Shown in pieces: positions 24,810-44,382 of a stretch of DNA of 64,000 bases. Every line of letters starts with the position of its first letter. Within the stretch, counting starts at the first letter, position 1. Below the pieces are notes generated by a model that did no database searches, was not told the DNA's origin, and saw only the letters and a program-made list of their open reading frames with translations. This stretch comes from Macrostomum lignano. Its lineage: Eukaryota. The translations under genes were made by a program, and so were the position numbers. The stretch is from assembly GCA_002269645.1 (NCBI GenBank), contig NIVC01000749.1, positions 195,162-259,161 of the forward strand. Reading direction: 5' to 3'.

Positions 24810-24908
24810 CTCTGAGCATCCAGCGAGTCTTGAACTGCCACCAAAGCCACTGGCGCGTAGCCGCTGAATCTCGTGGCCGAATGCTCCACGAACCACCAGT
24901 CAGTATCG
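24810..24908 (-). CDS. Src42A: Src-family kinase exon 2 (SH3 C-terminal part)
   Basis: DTDWWFVEHSATRFSGYAPVALVAVQDSLDAQ. Acceptor TTTTGCAG, donor GTGAGT. 99 nt, phases 2/2. Confidence 0.9.
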
Positions 24909-25267
24909 CTGCAAAACACAAATTCGAGAATCGCATATTAATTTGTATAATCTTTACCTATTGATTGACAGGCTGCATGCTTTAATCCCCATGCATCCAA
25001 GGAGATTAGCATTTGCACCGAGATCTGATAGTCTGATAAAAACCTAGCAAAGTCGTCTGAAGCAGTTGTGTTTGTTTTAGAATTTTCAGAAAGACTCTAA
25101 AAGCAGTCCTTCGGTGGGATTATCTGCAAATTTAAACCTCTTGCAGCTTAATACCAAATGACTTTTACTTAGATTTTGCGCTTGCAATTCATCTGAGTGC
25201 TGATCAGTTCTGAACTGTTGCTGCTCTTGGCACTGATGGCATCGCGATTAAGCCTGCTGCTCCCAGC

Positions 25268-26810
25268 CCTCTCTACCTCTCTCTCTCTCCTCTCTACCCC
25301 TCTCTCCTCTCTATCACACTCTCCTCTCTACCCCTATCTCTCCTCTCTACCCCTCTCCTCTCTACCCCTCTCTCTCCTCTCTACCCCTCTCTCTCCTCTC
25401 TACCCCTCTCCTCTCTACCCCTCTCCTCTCTACCCCTCTCTCTCCTCTCTACCCCTCTCTCCTCTCTACCCCTCTCCTCTCTACCCCTCTCTCTCCTCTC
25501 TACCCCTCTCTCCTCTCTACCCCTCTCCTCTCTACCCCTCTCTCTCCTCTCTACCCCTCTCTCCTCTCAACCCCTCTCCTCTCTACCCCTCTCTCTCCTC
25601 TCTACCCCTCTCCTCTCTACCCCTCTCTCTCCTCTCTACCCCTCTCTCTCCTCTCTACCCCTCTCTCCTCTCTACCCCTCTCCTCTCTACCCCCCTCTCT
25701 CTCCTCTCTACCCCTCTCCTCTCTACCCCTCTCCTCTCTATCACACTCTCCTCTCTACCCCTATTTCTCCTCTCTACCCCTCTCTCTCCTCTCTACCCCT
25801 ATCTCTCCTCTCTACCCCTATCTCTCCTCTCTACCCCTCTCCTCTCTACCCTCTCTCTCCTCTCTACCCCTCTCCTCTCTACCCCTCTCTCTCCTCTCTA
25901 CCCCTCTCCTCTCTACCCCTCTCCTCTCTACCCCTCTCTCTCCTCTCTACCCCTCTTTCCTCTCTACCCCTCTCCTCTCTACCCCTCTCTCTCCTCTCTA
26001 CCCCTCTCTCCTCTCAACCCCTCTCCTCTCTACCCCTCTCTCTCCTCTCTACCCCTCTCCTCTCTACCCCTCTCTCTCCTCTCTACCCCTCTCTCTCCTC
26101 TCTACCCCTCTCCTCTCTACCCCTCTCCTCTCTATCACACTCTCCTCTCTACCCCTATTTCTCCTCTCTACCCCTCTCTCTCCTCTCTACCCCTATCTCT
26201 CCTCTCTACCCCTCTCCTCTCTACCCCTCTCTCTCCTCTCTACCCCTCTCCTCTCTACCCCTCTCTCTCCTCTCTACCCCTCTCCTCTCTACCCCTCTCT
26301 CCTCTCTACCCCTCTCCTCTCTACCCCTCTCCTCTCTACCCCTCTCCTCTCTACCCCTCTCTCTCCTCTCTACCCCTCTCTCCTCTCTACCCCTCTCCTC
26401 TCTACCCCTCTCTCTCCTCTCTACCCCTCTCCTCTCTACCCCTCTCTCCTCTCTACCCCTCTCCTCTCTACCCCTCTCCTCTCTACCCCTCTCCTCTCTA
26501 CCCCTCTCTCTCCTCTCTACCCCTCTCTCCTCTCTACCCCTCTCTCTCCTCTCTACCCCTCTCTCTCCTCTCTACCCCTATCTCTCCTCTCTACCCCTCT
26601 CCTCTCTACCACTACCTCTCCTCTCTCTCTCCTCTCTACCCCTCTCTCCTCTCTACCCCTCTTCTCTCTACCCCTCCCCTCTCTACCCTACCTCTCTACA
26701 CCTCTCTCTCCTCTCTACCCCTATCTCTCCCCTCTACCGCTCTCCGTTCTCTCTCATCTACACCCACCTTCCCTCTCTACACCTATCTCTTCTATCGCCT
26801 CTCTACCGCT
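25268..26810. repeat. C/T-rich minisatellite (CTCCTCTCTACCCCT-type units) in kinase intron 1
   Basis: Visible array. It is the source of the 562-aa LSSLP pseudo-ORF. Confidence 0.95.
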
Positions 26811-26948
26811 GTCTTCTCTCAACTTGAATCGCTTCCCTCCTCCTATCTCCTTTCTACCCCACCCCAGCTCCCAATCTACATATAATTTCCGCGTTCTAAT
26901 ATCAATTAGTCATTCTACAAGGCTTGGGCCAAGTACAGGCGGACTCAC

Positions 26949-27502
26949 ACAGGGTCGAGCAGCTGCAGAAGGTCGCCAGCCCTGAAGCTGACCTCGCCCT
27001 CAGTCCTGGCTGCATAGTCAAACACGCAGACTAAACGCGTGCCGGGCACTGGCATCTGCTGCACCAACTGCTGCAGCTGGTACTGCAGCTGGGAATGGCG
27101 CAGACTTGCCAGCTGACTGGCGCCACCGCTGTCCTCAGCAGAGCAGACCTGTACAGAGCATCTTCGCCTGGGCTCCGGGGTCGGGACCAAGGAGCTGCTG
27201 GCGTGGTGTTGCCGGCTGTAGGGCCGCTGAAGTGGACTGCTGGTTCGGCTGTGCTGCGACTGCTGCTGCTGTTGAAAGCAACGAGTAGGCGTTCCGGTTC
27301 TGGAGCCGGCTCCGCTGATTCTGGACAGCGGGCGATGAAGCTGTTGATGAGGATGAGGCTGCTGCTGCAGCTGGTACATTCCTTGAGGAGTTGGAGTCAG
27401 CGGCGGCTTCTCTGTGCTTGAATGCGACAGCACCAAGTCTCTGTCCAGCACTACAGCGGCTGGCTCTTCAACTTCCTGCTCCTTGGGCTTTTCTTCTTCC
27501 TC

Positions 27503-27534
<32 letters not shown>

Positions 27535-27580
27535 TTGCAATGAGAAGCTGCTCCTTCTGCCTGGTCACGCAGCCTCCCAT
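26949..27580 (-). CDS. Src42A: Src-family kinase exon 1 (myristoylated N-terminus, polyQ unique region, SH3 start)
   Basis: MGGCVTRQK (Gly2, Cys4), then CVFDYAARTEGEVSFRAGDLLQLL. Donor GTGAGT at 26948. The four exons total 2070 nt, or 689 aa plus stop. Confidence 0.9.
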
Positions 27581-27952
27581 AGTATAACGCAATTTTTACT
27601 TGGCAATAAAAAATTGGCAATAAAAACTGGATTAATAATACTGATCCACGGAGAGAACCTTAGTCCATTGAACTGTTGCTGTCTGGGTCTCAGAACTCTC
27701 TCTCTCTCTCTCTCTAGCTATTATAGACAGCTAAAAGACCCAGGGCCAACCCCACTTCCGATCCCAAACTGACCGAAATCTGTCAGTCGCCCATTGGTTA
27801 AGCGGGCCTGCTGTATTGGGCCAATGACGCGCTATTAAGCCCTATACCTTAACGCCCTCCACCTGCATACTTGTGTAGTTTTATGCGCAGTGCATGTACA
27901 ACTGTAAAGTTCAATATTGCAAGAGTAGCCTATTCTACGTCTATAAGCTAAG

Positions 27953-28137
27953 CTTAGCGATTTAGTGTAGTGGACTAGCAGTCTGAGCCCCCCCTGAGGG
28001 CGAGACTTTAATAAGGAAATTGAAGTTTATGATAACAGGAATACGATCGTAGCCATGCTTAACTGTAATTGGCGATTTAGTATAGTGGACTAGCAGTCTG
28101 AGCCCCCCAAAGGTAATGAACTTTAATAAGGAAATTA
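27953..28137. repeat. Two imperfect direct repeats of about 70 bp
   Basis: GCGATTTAGT(G/A)TAGTGGACTAGCAGTCTGAGCCCCCC...ACTTTAATAAGGAAATT at about 27953 and about 28069. Confidence 0.7.
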
Positions 28138-31100
28138 ATTAACTAAAAATAAAAATAACGGGACTTGAACGAAACTATCTTATTGGTTGTATGAAGTTTG
28201 CTAGCTTATTCGATTCAATTTGTCAGTTTTAATTAGTCGTGTCGATACGAATTTTTATTGTAATAAAAAGCGAGTTGAAAGCTACCCAATTTGAAATTTC
28301 TTCGTGTTACTCGTATGACTGGAATCGGAATGTATACAAAAATAAGATTGTTAATTTTATTGTTCAACACTTAGTAAAATGTGACTAATCAAGATAAATC
28401 TATTTTTAATGTGTTTAGAATAATAGGAAAAAAATATCTAAGGGTGCTCAGCAAAATAAAAATATTCACATATAGCTTTTAGTTCTGAACTGTTTTTTAA
28501 CAGTGCCATAACACTAACTACAACAGAATTAGTTGTTTATGAGATTAAAAAATCCGCTTTAAACCTGGACAGCACTTCTTTAAAATTTATAAAGCCTAAT
28601 CTGATAAATGCTAATTTACATTGGTATATTTCGATGAATAATGGGGAATGCTAAGAAGCCTGCATTCCAGTCCAGACTTTGGGTACTTTAAACAATTAGG
28701 TAGAAAGACCAAGTGTTAGCAAAATCCTCGCTAGCAAACTTCGGCTAAGAAATTTCCTGTATAACTAGCATAAAAATCTGGTACTTCCGCATCAATCAAT
28801 TAATTTAGGCTACAGAGAGTCGCGACAAATAACGACTTGAAAATATTTTTTTCGAATCAAAAAGCAAGTAGTTCATTTGCACGCGTTAGCCAGTAAGATC
28901 TTCCCCCCATTGCCATCTGAAGCAGCTTTCTTCTTTTTCTTCGGCTGCTAAGAAATTTTCGTTGCTTAAGACACGGTCTTCGCGTAATTAGTGGCCAAGA
29001 AGACGAAAGTCCAGTGGGCCGCTCCCCAGGGGGTTGACCGAAAGGAACTAAACCAAAGTATAACAGTAGCAGCAGCCATAGCAAGTACAAAAGCTATATA
29101 CACTGGAACTAAATAACACATGGGCAGCAGGGAACATCGGACAAGAAGTTTTCCTTTAGCTCTGATAGAGCCTGTCAGAGAGCAATGAGGGACCACCCAC
29201 GGTTCTGAAAGCCGAGTTTAATGCTTTTAGTTAGTAGAGATTGTCTGACCGATTGCACTGCTGATCAGGGGGTGCAGAAAATCCGAAACAGGGACCTCTA
29301 AGAAACTTGGAATCGAAAACGAGTGCAGCAGGGATACTGGGCCCAGTCCAACACTGCATCACTCGCTCTAACTCACTAATTGGTGTGAGGTGTGTTTCAC
29401 AAATTCGAACTTTCAGATGGTCGTCGAAATCACGAAGCGATTTTTTACCACACGTGAAATTTCGAGCTTGAATTGACTTCTTCGGAATCTGGCAGTCCAT
29501 GTACCGTGTATCCAAAGGTCCCTGTACCAGTTGCAACCCACGCAATCACATGCCTTCTACATCTGAAATGCTATATTTGGTTAAGGTAAGCAAGATTTCC
29601 GGTATCTGCAGTGCGGTTCAACAGGGAACAAGAACACACCAAGCAGGCGCACAATGGCTACACAATAATGCCTCTAATTAGGTAAAAATGTAAAAGTGCA
29701 TTTCCAAATTTCCGAATGTGGGGGCGTCGTGGTGTCCTTTTCGTAGTTCCATCATTGATAGCGTCACAAAAATTTAATAAAAGTTCACTTTTTCATTCAG
29801 GAGGGTGAAATCCATGGATTTTGACGGGGGCAGAACCAAAAGCAAAAGTCTGGAGCAAAAGTCGTGATTTTAATTATTCAATACACTGTAAGTCCGTTAG
29901 AAAACTTAATAAGTTAGTAATGCTTTGGGAAGGTGGCAAATTTGAGCTTGTGAGCCGATGACTTTACTTGACATTCGTGAATTAGGACTTCGAGATAGAT
30001 GCGCGAATGAAAATACTTTTTTTGCATTTTAAAAAACAATGAACCATTACAATCGACTACCGCCTTTTTCAAAACCAGTTTCGACTCTGATTTGTGAGTT
30101 TTCTACGAGTAGACATATAGGAGGATATGTCTATTGGACGGACGGGCAACAACACGTCAAATTTAGTAAGATAAAATACTGACCGTTCTGATATAACTGA
30201 CAGACAGACAAACTATACACAAGACGTATTTTTCTGTCTTTGTTTTAATAATTTTAAGCACTAACACTTCCTTATATCTAACTCTAATCCCTTATCTTTG
30301 CTGTCTTTATTAGAATTGTAGCCCTATATGGGTCCTGTGCTGTTAAACACACGGCGAGTCAGCTGCTATGGCCATAGACTATCGGTTTAGTAGAAATTGT
30401 GTTTATTGTCAGCGTGGCCCCGAAGCTCTTACTGTAGGGAAGCATTTCCAGCCTGTCTCCTTTCTTCATGAATTAGACGAAATAATTATAACTTACTATC
30501 CAATATATTGATTGTTCATTCTGTATTTTTTATAGTTATGTCAATTTCCAACAGAATCTAGCGGATTTCTTCGTCTAGATTACTAGTGTATAGCTTTCAG
30601 GATCGGATTACACGAAGGACCACTTTAAAAGTAGTTAAATAAAATGTTAGGCATGAGTATGACCTTCACGGTAGACAGATGTCCAACCAAATGAGACTGG
30701 ATTCAATCGATTTCTAGTCAATTGTCAAAGGTGGGCGACAGTGCTTTAAAAAACTTAATTTCAAATTCGTTTAATTCTATGGTACACAACCCTTCCTCAT
30801 TCAAACTAATTCGTTCAGAATAAATTTCTAGAGTGAGGTTATTTAACACTATCAAAACGAATAAAGTGCACGTATTTTAAAAATACTACAGGTTTCCTAC
30901 TGATTGTGCAAATGAAGGAAACTTACCAAACTTAATAAAGAGCCTTTGCTCCTTGATGCAAAGGTACCTCAATTTATGAATATTTGACCGTTGATTTGTA
31001 CAAAACAAATGTCCAGTGACCAGGTATTTTGGGTCAAAAGGAATTTGACTTTTCATGTCTAGTTGTCACCATAGACAGATCTGACGTTTTATGGAAAATT

Positions 31101-32718
31101 ATTACTGTACTGTAATTGATGGTTACGCCCTGATCTAGAGGATAACAGAGGCTAATTCAACCGTTAACAGAAACTGAATGAATAACTCTAAGATCTCAAG
31201 CGTATTTTCCAATTCTATCAGCAGACAAAAAAACGCGCAGATCACTTTTGCAGAATAAAAACTAACTGCAGCAGATATAATTTAATAAAAAAAACGTAAA
31301 ACCTTTATTTACTGGATAGCAATTAGCAATAACTTTTAAGAGTACGTTAAATTGTAACCTAATAAAATCCTAACCCACTACTAGTGCGTACAAGTAGCAT
31401 ATAGAATAATTGAAAACATAAATTAATAAAATGTGCAAATCAGACAACAGTATGGAATACTACTTATTCATCACTAACTAAACCTTAACAAAATGTCGTT
31501 AGAGATCTTGAATGCGAGTCACCCGATGAAAACGGCAGTTGTTGCAGGTAACACGGGTAAAATAGGAATGAAGTGACTCTAGACGACTCTAAAACGACAA
31601 GATGTCACGGTAAAGAGTCGCCTAAAAGTCAATTCAAGGCGTGTTACTGAATAACTGAGTTGTGTCCAAAGCACATCTGTGTCACTCTATGAATTAGAAT
31701 CGCATTTCGCATTGATAACAACTCTATTTATCCTACTTGAGTTGGTAGAAAGTTAAGAGCTAACAATAACGACTCTTTTTGTGTAACAGATCAAGTACAA
31801 AGGCCCAGAACAGTCAGTAATATGCGCAGATGCAAAATCAAAAAAAAAACAATAGACAAAATACATCAACAAAAACTCGACGGTGAGGTTTGAAAGAGAA
31901 ATCGAACGCATTCCTGTGAGCAAAGCGAAATTGATGACTTGCAACTACAGTGCAACAAAGAGAATTACTTACAACTAGTTGATTAGTATAATTCGCATTT
32001 TTTCGCTAGCTGCAGTCGACATACATTATATATACACGAGCTATACTACTACTAGTAGCCCTAACTTGCAATCAAAATAAACAACTTTTTATAAAAATTT
32101 CAAGTGCCAGAACCCAGATATGCAACAACACGCAATTAAATCTAGTTACTGCAAATAATTAACATATACGCGTTTGAAAGCAGACTATTAATGAAATTAA
32201 CAAAATGTTTACTTTAAAATAAATAATTATCTATATAAGCCAGTAAATACTTCAGCTGCGTACAGATAATTATTTATTTAGATGCAGAAATTTCAATAAA
32301 AAGACAAACAAATAACAATAAAATTTTGCGTAAAACATTTAAATTAAATTTTATCTTAGCAAACCAGATAAACGCAAGATCGAATCTTTAATAGAAAAAT
32401 AGTGCAAGTTTGTCTTCATCAGTAAGCATCAGCAAAATGAATTGGCGAAATTATGCAACTTTTATTAGTGCAATTTTCTTTGTTAATTTTTTATAAAGTA
32501 AAATGTTTCACTTGCCTACTGCTATGACCTATCTGTAAGTAGTATGAAGCGATGTTTAGAACGAGGCAAAATATTTGATGTTTAAAATCGTGCACAAACT
32601 AGCCTACTACTATCCAACTAACTTGCCAGTAGTACGAAGGGATTATTTTTTCATAAGGAGAAAACTTCATTAAAACTTAATTAGATATTAATTTAAGCGA
32701 TATTGATGGTAGATTAAG

Positions 32719-35215
32719 TCACAGGTAGGTGCATTTGTCAGCAGGTATGTGGCCGGAGTTGCCAACGTATCTGACTGCCACTCGACCGCTGGGTCGAATT
32801 GTCACCCAGGTGATGGAAGCGTGATCAAGGCTGAATCTGAGCCAAGCTTCCGGCGGAAGTTGCAAAGCTCGACAGACAAAGTAGCGAATGACGTTCGCGT
32901 GACAGACCAGCAGTTCATAGCTGTCAGACTGCTGGTCTGGCGCCGCGCGGTGGAAGAAGCGTCGGAATGCCGACTCGATACGGCGACCGTCCTGGGTGAA
33001 AGTCTCCGGGCTGGAATGGCGAGGATGGGTTACGGATGAGTCAGTAGGGTCACGGATGAGTCAGTAGGGTCACGGATGAGTCAGTAGGGTCACGGATGAG
33101 TCAGTAGGGTCACGGATGAGTCAGTAGGGTCACGGATGAGTCAGTAGGGTCACGGATGAGTCATGGATGGTTCATGGTTGAGTCAGTAGGGTCACGGATG
33201 AGTCATGGATGGTTCATGGTTGAGTCAGTAGGGTTACGGATGAGTCATTAGGGTCACGGATGAGTCATGGTTGAGTCAGTAGGGTCACGGATGAGTCATG
33301 GTTGAGTCAGTAGGGTCACGGATGAGTCATGGATGGTTCATGGTTGAGTCAGTAAGGTCACGGATGAGTCATGGATGGTTCATGGTTGAGTCAGTAGGGT
33401 CACGGATGAGTCATGGATGGGTCACGGTTGAGTCAGTAGATCACGGAGATAAGTCAGTAAGGTCACGGAGATGAGTCAGTAGGGTCAGGGAGATTAGTCA
33501 GTTGGGTCACGGAGATGAGTCAGTAGGGTAAGGGAGATTAGTCAGTAAGGTCACGGAGATGAGTCAGTAGGGTCAGGGAGATTAGTCAGTAAGGTCACGG
33601 AGATGAGTCAGTAGGGTCACGGAGATGGGTCAGCAAGGTCACGGAGATGAGTCAGTAGGGTCACGGAGATGGGTCAGCAAGGTCACGGAGATGGGTCAGC
33701 AAGGTCACAGAGATGGGTCAACAACTTACGGTGGCTGGTAGTTGGCAGCTGGGGGTTCGGGCGGCACAGGTGCACCCTCCTCGAGCAGTCGGCAGGGCTC
33801 CACATCGAGGCCCTGCGGCAGGTGCCTAAGTATGGCCTCGGCGGTCTCGCGCGCCCGAGTCATGGTTGAGTAGCGGAGCGCGCGGAAACGAACATTCAGC
33901 TCGCGCAGTCGCTGACCGGTGAGGCTGGCCTGCTCACGACCGAGCGCTGTGAGGCACTCCTGCGATGATGCAATGCAAATGCAATGGAGATAGTACGAAA
34001 TGTCTGTGCAGATTGCAGAAACCCAGCCTTGATGCGGAATGTACATAAACACACATGAAACCTACTGACACGGGAATGTACATAAACACACATGAAATCT
34101 ACTGACACGGAATGTACATAAACACACATGAAATCTACTGACACGGAATGTACATAAACATACATGAAACCTACTGACACGGAATGTACATAAACACACA
34201 TGAAACCTACTGACACGGAATGTACATAAACATACATGAAACCTACTGACACGGAATGTACATAAACACCCATGAAACCTACTGACACGAATGTACATAA
34301 ACACACATGAAACCTACTGACACGGAATGTACATAAACACACATGAAACCTACTGACACGGAATGTACATAAACACACATGAAATCTACTGACACGGAAT
34401 GTACATAAACATACATGAAACCTACTGACACGGAATGTACATAAACACACATGAAACCTACTGACACGGGAATGTACATAAACATACATGAAACCTACTG
34501 ACACGGAATGTACATAAACACCCATGAAACCTACTGACACGAATGTACATAAACACACATGAAACCTACTGACACGGAATGTACATAAACACACATGAAA
34601 CCTACTGACACGGAATGTACATAAACATACATGAAACCTACTGACACGGAATGTACATAAACACACATTAAATCTACTGACACGGAATGCACATAAACAC
34701 ACATGAAACCTACAGACACGGAATGTACATAAACACACATGAAACCTACTGACACGGGAATGTACATAAACACACATGAAACCTACTGACACGGGAATGT
34801 ACATATTACATTAACACATGAAACTTACATGACACTGAATATACATAAAAACACATGAAATTCACTGACACGTACACTGTACGCATCCGTACACTGAACC
34901 GAACCTAAGCAAACCTACCTGTTCATACTGAGCATGCCGCACCAGCAGCAGGTGCCTACTAAACCGTGACTGCTCAGCCGCCGCCCCAACCAAGCCTCTC
35001 TGCCTCAGCAGGCTCAGGATGCCGCCAATGCCGCCCAGACCCGTGCCAACATCGTCCCAGTTGCTGTTCCATCTGGCTGGCCAGTCCCACAGCAGCCTCA
35101 GGCCGTCGCTCAGGTGAGAGTGACCGTCTTCTAACCTGCGCTGGCAGTACCGATAGACACCAAAAGCTGCCGCTGTGCCGAAAAGTGCAGCGCATTTTCT
35201 TAGTACGCTTGCCAT
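32719..35215 (-). CDS. PGAM5: Mitochondrial Ser/Thr phosphatase PGAM5. Exons 35215..34919, 33959..33730, 33010..32719 (272 aa)
   Basis: Hydrophobic N-terminus, WNSNWD (WDxNWD motif), [56 protein letters not shown]. The GT-AG phases 0 and 2 are consistent. Confidence 0.95.
33035..33720. repeat. 20-21-bp minisatellite (GAGTCAGTAGGGTCACGGAT)n filling PGAM5 intron 2
   Basis: Visible array, with variant blocks. Confidence 0.93.
34035..34865. repeat. 36-bp minisatellite (GACACGGAATGTACATAAACACACATGAAACCTACT)n in PGAM5 intron 1
   Basis: Visible array. The 12-aa pseudo-ORF period matches 36 bp. Confidence 0.93.
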
Positions 35216-35289
35216 TTGCACTGGGAATTGAGCTTGATTTGCACTGGGAATTGACATGCAATTAAAGAAATTTGAAACAGGTTAAGGCC

Positions 35290-37205
35290 AATTTTCTAAG
35301 AAACTCTAGATGAATTAATTATGACTTTCTAAGTAACTCTAGATGAATTAATTATGACATTCTAAGAAACTCTAGATGAATTAATTATGACTTTCTAAGA
35401 AACTCTAGATGAATTAATTATGACATTCTAAGAAACTCTAGATGAATTTATTGCGATTTTCTTTGAAACTCTAGATCAATTACGAGTAATTTTCTAAGAA
35501 ACCCTAGGTGAATTTAGTGCAATTTTCATAGAAACTCTAGATGAATTAATTATGATTTTCTAAAAAACTCTAGATGAATTAATTATGACTTTCTAAGAAA
35601 CTCTAGATGAATTAATTATGACATTCTAAGAAACTCTAGATGAATTTATTGCGATTTTCTTTGAAACTCTAGATCAATTACGAGTAATTTTCTAAGAAAC
35701 CCTAGGTGAATTTATTGCGATTTTCTAAGAAACTCTAGATGAATTAATTATGATTTTCTAAGAAACTCTAGATGAATTAATTATGATTTTCTAAGAAACT
35801 CTAGATGAATTTATTGCGATTTTCTAAAAAACTCTAGATGAATTAATTATGATTTTCTAAGAAACTCTAGATGAATTTATTGCGATTTTCTAAGAAACTC
35901 TAGATGAATTAATTATGACTTTCTAAGAAACTTTAGATGAATTAATTGCAGTTTTCTAAGAAACTCTAGATGAATTTATCTAGATGAATTTATTGCGATT
36001 TTCTAAGAAACTCTAGATGAATTTATTGCGATTTTCTAAGAAACTCTAGATGAATTTATTGCAGTTTTCTAAGAAACTCTAGATGAATTTATTGCGATTT
36101 TCTAAGAAACTCTAGATGAATTTATTGCGATTTTCTAAGAAACTCTAGATGAATTAATTGCAGTTTTCTAAGAAACTCTAGATGAATTTATTGCGATTTT
36201 CTAAGAAACTCTAGATGAATTAATTGCAGTTTTCTAAGAAACTCTATATGAATTATTTATGATTTTCTAAGAAACTCTAGATGAATTTATTGCGATTTTC
36301 TAAAAAACTCTAGATGAATTAATTATGATTTTCTAAGAAACTCTAGATGAATTAATTATGATTTTCTAAAAAACTCTAGATGAATTAATTATGACTTTCT
36401 AAGAAACTCTAGATGAATTATGATTTTCTAAGAAACTCTAGATAAATTAATTATGATTTTCTAAGAAACGCTAGATGAATTAATTATGATTTTCTAAGAA
36501 ACTCTAGACGAATTATTTATGACTTTCTAAGAAATTCTAGATGAATTAATTATGACTTTCTAAGAAACTCTAGATGAATTATTTATGACTTTCTAAGAAA
36601 TTCTAGATGAATTAATTATGACTTTCTAAGAAACTCTAGATGAATTATTTATGACTTTCTAAGAAACTCTAGATGAATTAATTATGACTTTCTAAGAAAC
36701 TCTAGATGAATTGATTATGACTTTCTAAGAAACTCTAGATGAATTAATTATGATTTTTTTAAGAAACTCTAGATGAATTAATTAGGACTTTCTAAGAAAC
36801 TCTAGATGAATTATTTATGATTTTCTAAGAAACTCTAGATGAATTAATTATGACTTTCTAAGAAGCTCTAGATGAATTAATTATGATTTTCTAAGAAACT
36901 CTAGATGAATTAATTATGATTTTCTAAGAAACTCTAGATGAATTTATTGCTTTTTTCAAAGAAACTCTAGATCAATTACGAGTAATTTTCTAAGAAACCC
37001 TAGGTGAATTTTTTGCGATTTTCTTAGAAACTCTAAATGAATTTATTGCAGTTTTCTAAGAAACTCTAGATGAATTTATTGCGATTTTCTAAGAAACTCT
37101 AGATCAATTACGAGTAATTTTCTAAGAAACCCTAGGTGAATTTAGTGCAATTTTCTAAGAAACTCTAGATGCTTCAAGGTCAATTTTGTAAGAAACTCTA
37201 TATGA
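35290..37205. repeat. 33-bp minisatellite (TTTTCTAAGAAACTCTAGATGAATTAATTATGA)n between the USP gene and PGAM5
   Basis: Period 33 (for example 35721 to 35754). Roughly 55-58 units. Confidence 0.95.
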
Positions 37206-37787
37206 TTAAAGGCTGATTTTCAGAGAATTCCTGGTCAGTTAAACTTAAACTTAGTATCTAAGCGACAAACGCAAAAAATGAAATTAAAAGAAGAGATGAT
37301 AAGAAAGGTCAGCAGTTATGATGCATATATGTGTATGTATATTTTAGGCCAAGAAACAGTTGTTGAGTCAAAATCAAAGGCAGCTCCATCTATCGGAGCA
37401 GGTCTCTAGAGTACTACTAGCCAGAAACTTTAATGGGGTTTGAAAGGGTATTAGAGAAAATGATAACGGATTACTTGGTTAAGCCGTTATCAAAGCACAA
37501 AATTAGCTAAATAATAATAACAAAACTCAATTGAAAAGCCAGGTTTACATGTATATAAAATCCTTACTACATGTCTGAAGTCTGACTAACACTGTTTAAG
37601 CAAAACTTATAAATAACATCAGGATGTTGACCTTGTCAAGTATGGAGTACTTGGTCGGTAATATGTATGCAGCATATACTCACTGATTGATATACCTATA
37701 GCCACTGCTGGGTAGATAACCCTATACAGAGTCACTGATGGGTAGATATCCCTATATAGAGAGTCACTGATAGGTAGATATCCTATC

Positions 37788-44382
<6,595 letters not shown>

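Noticed and set aside
27581-27592. Upstream TTG start (MRYT) given by the ORF track for the kinase
   Set aside because: The ATG at 27580 gives the Met-Gly myristoylation signal expected for Src-family kinases.
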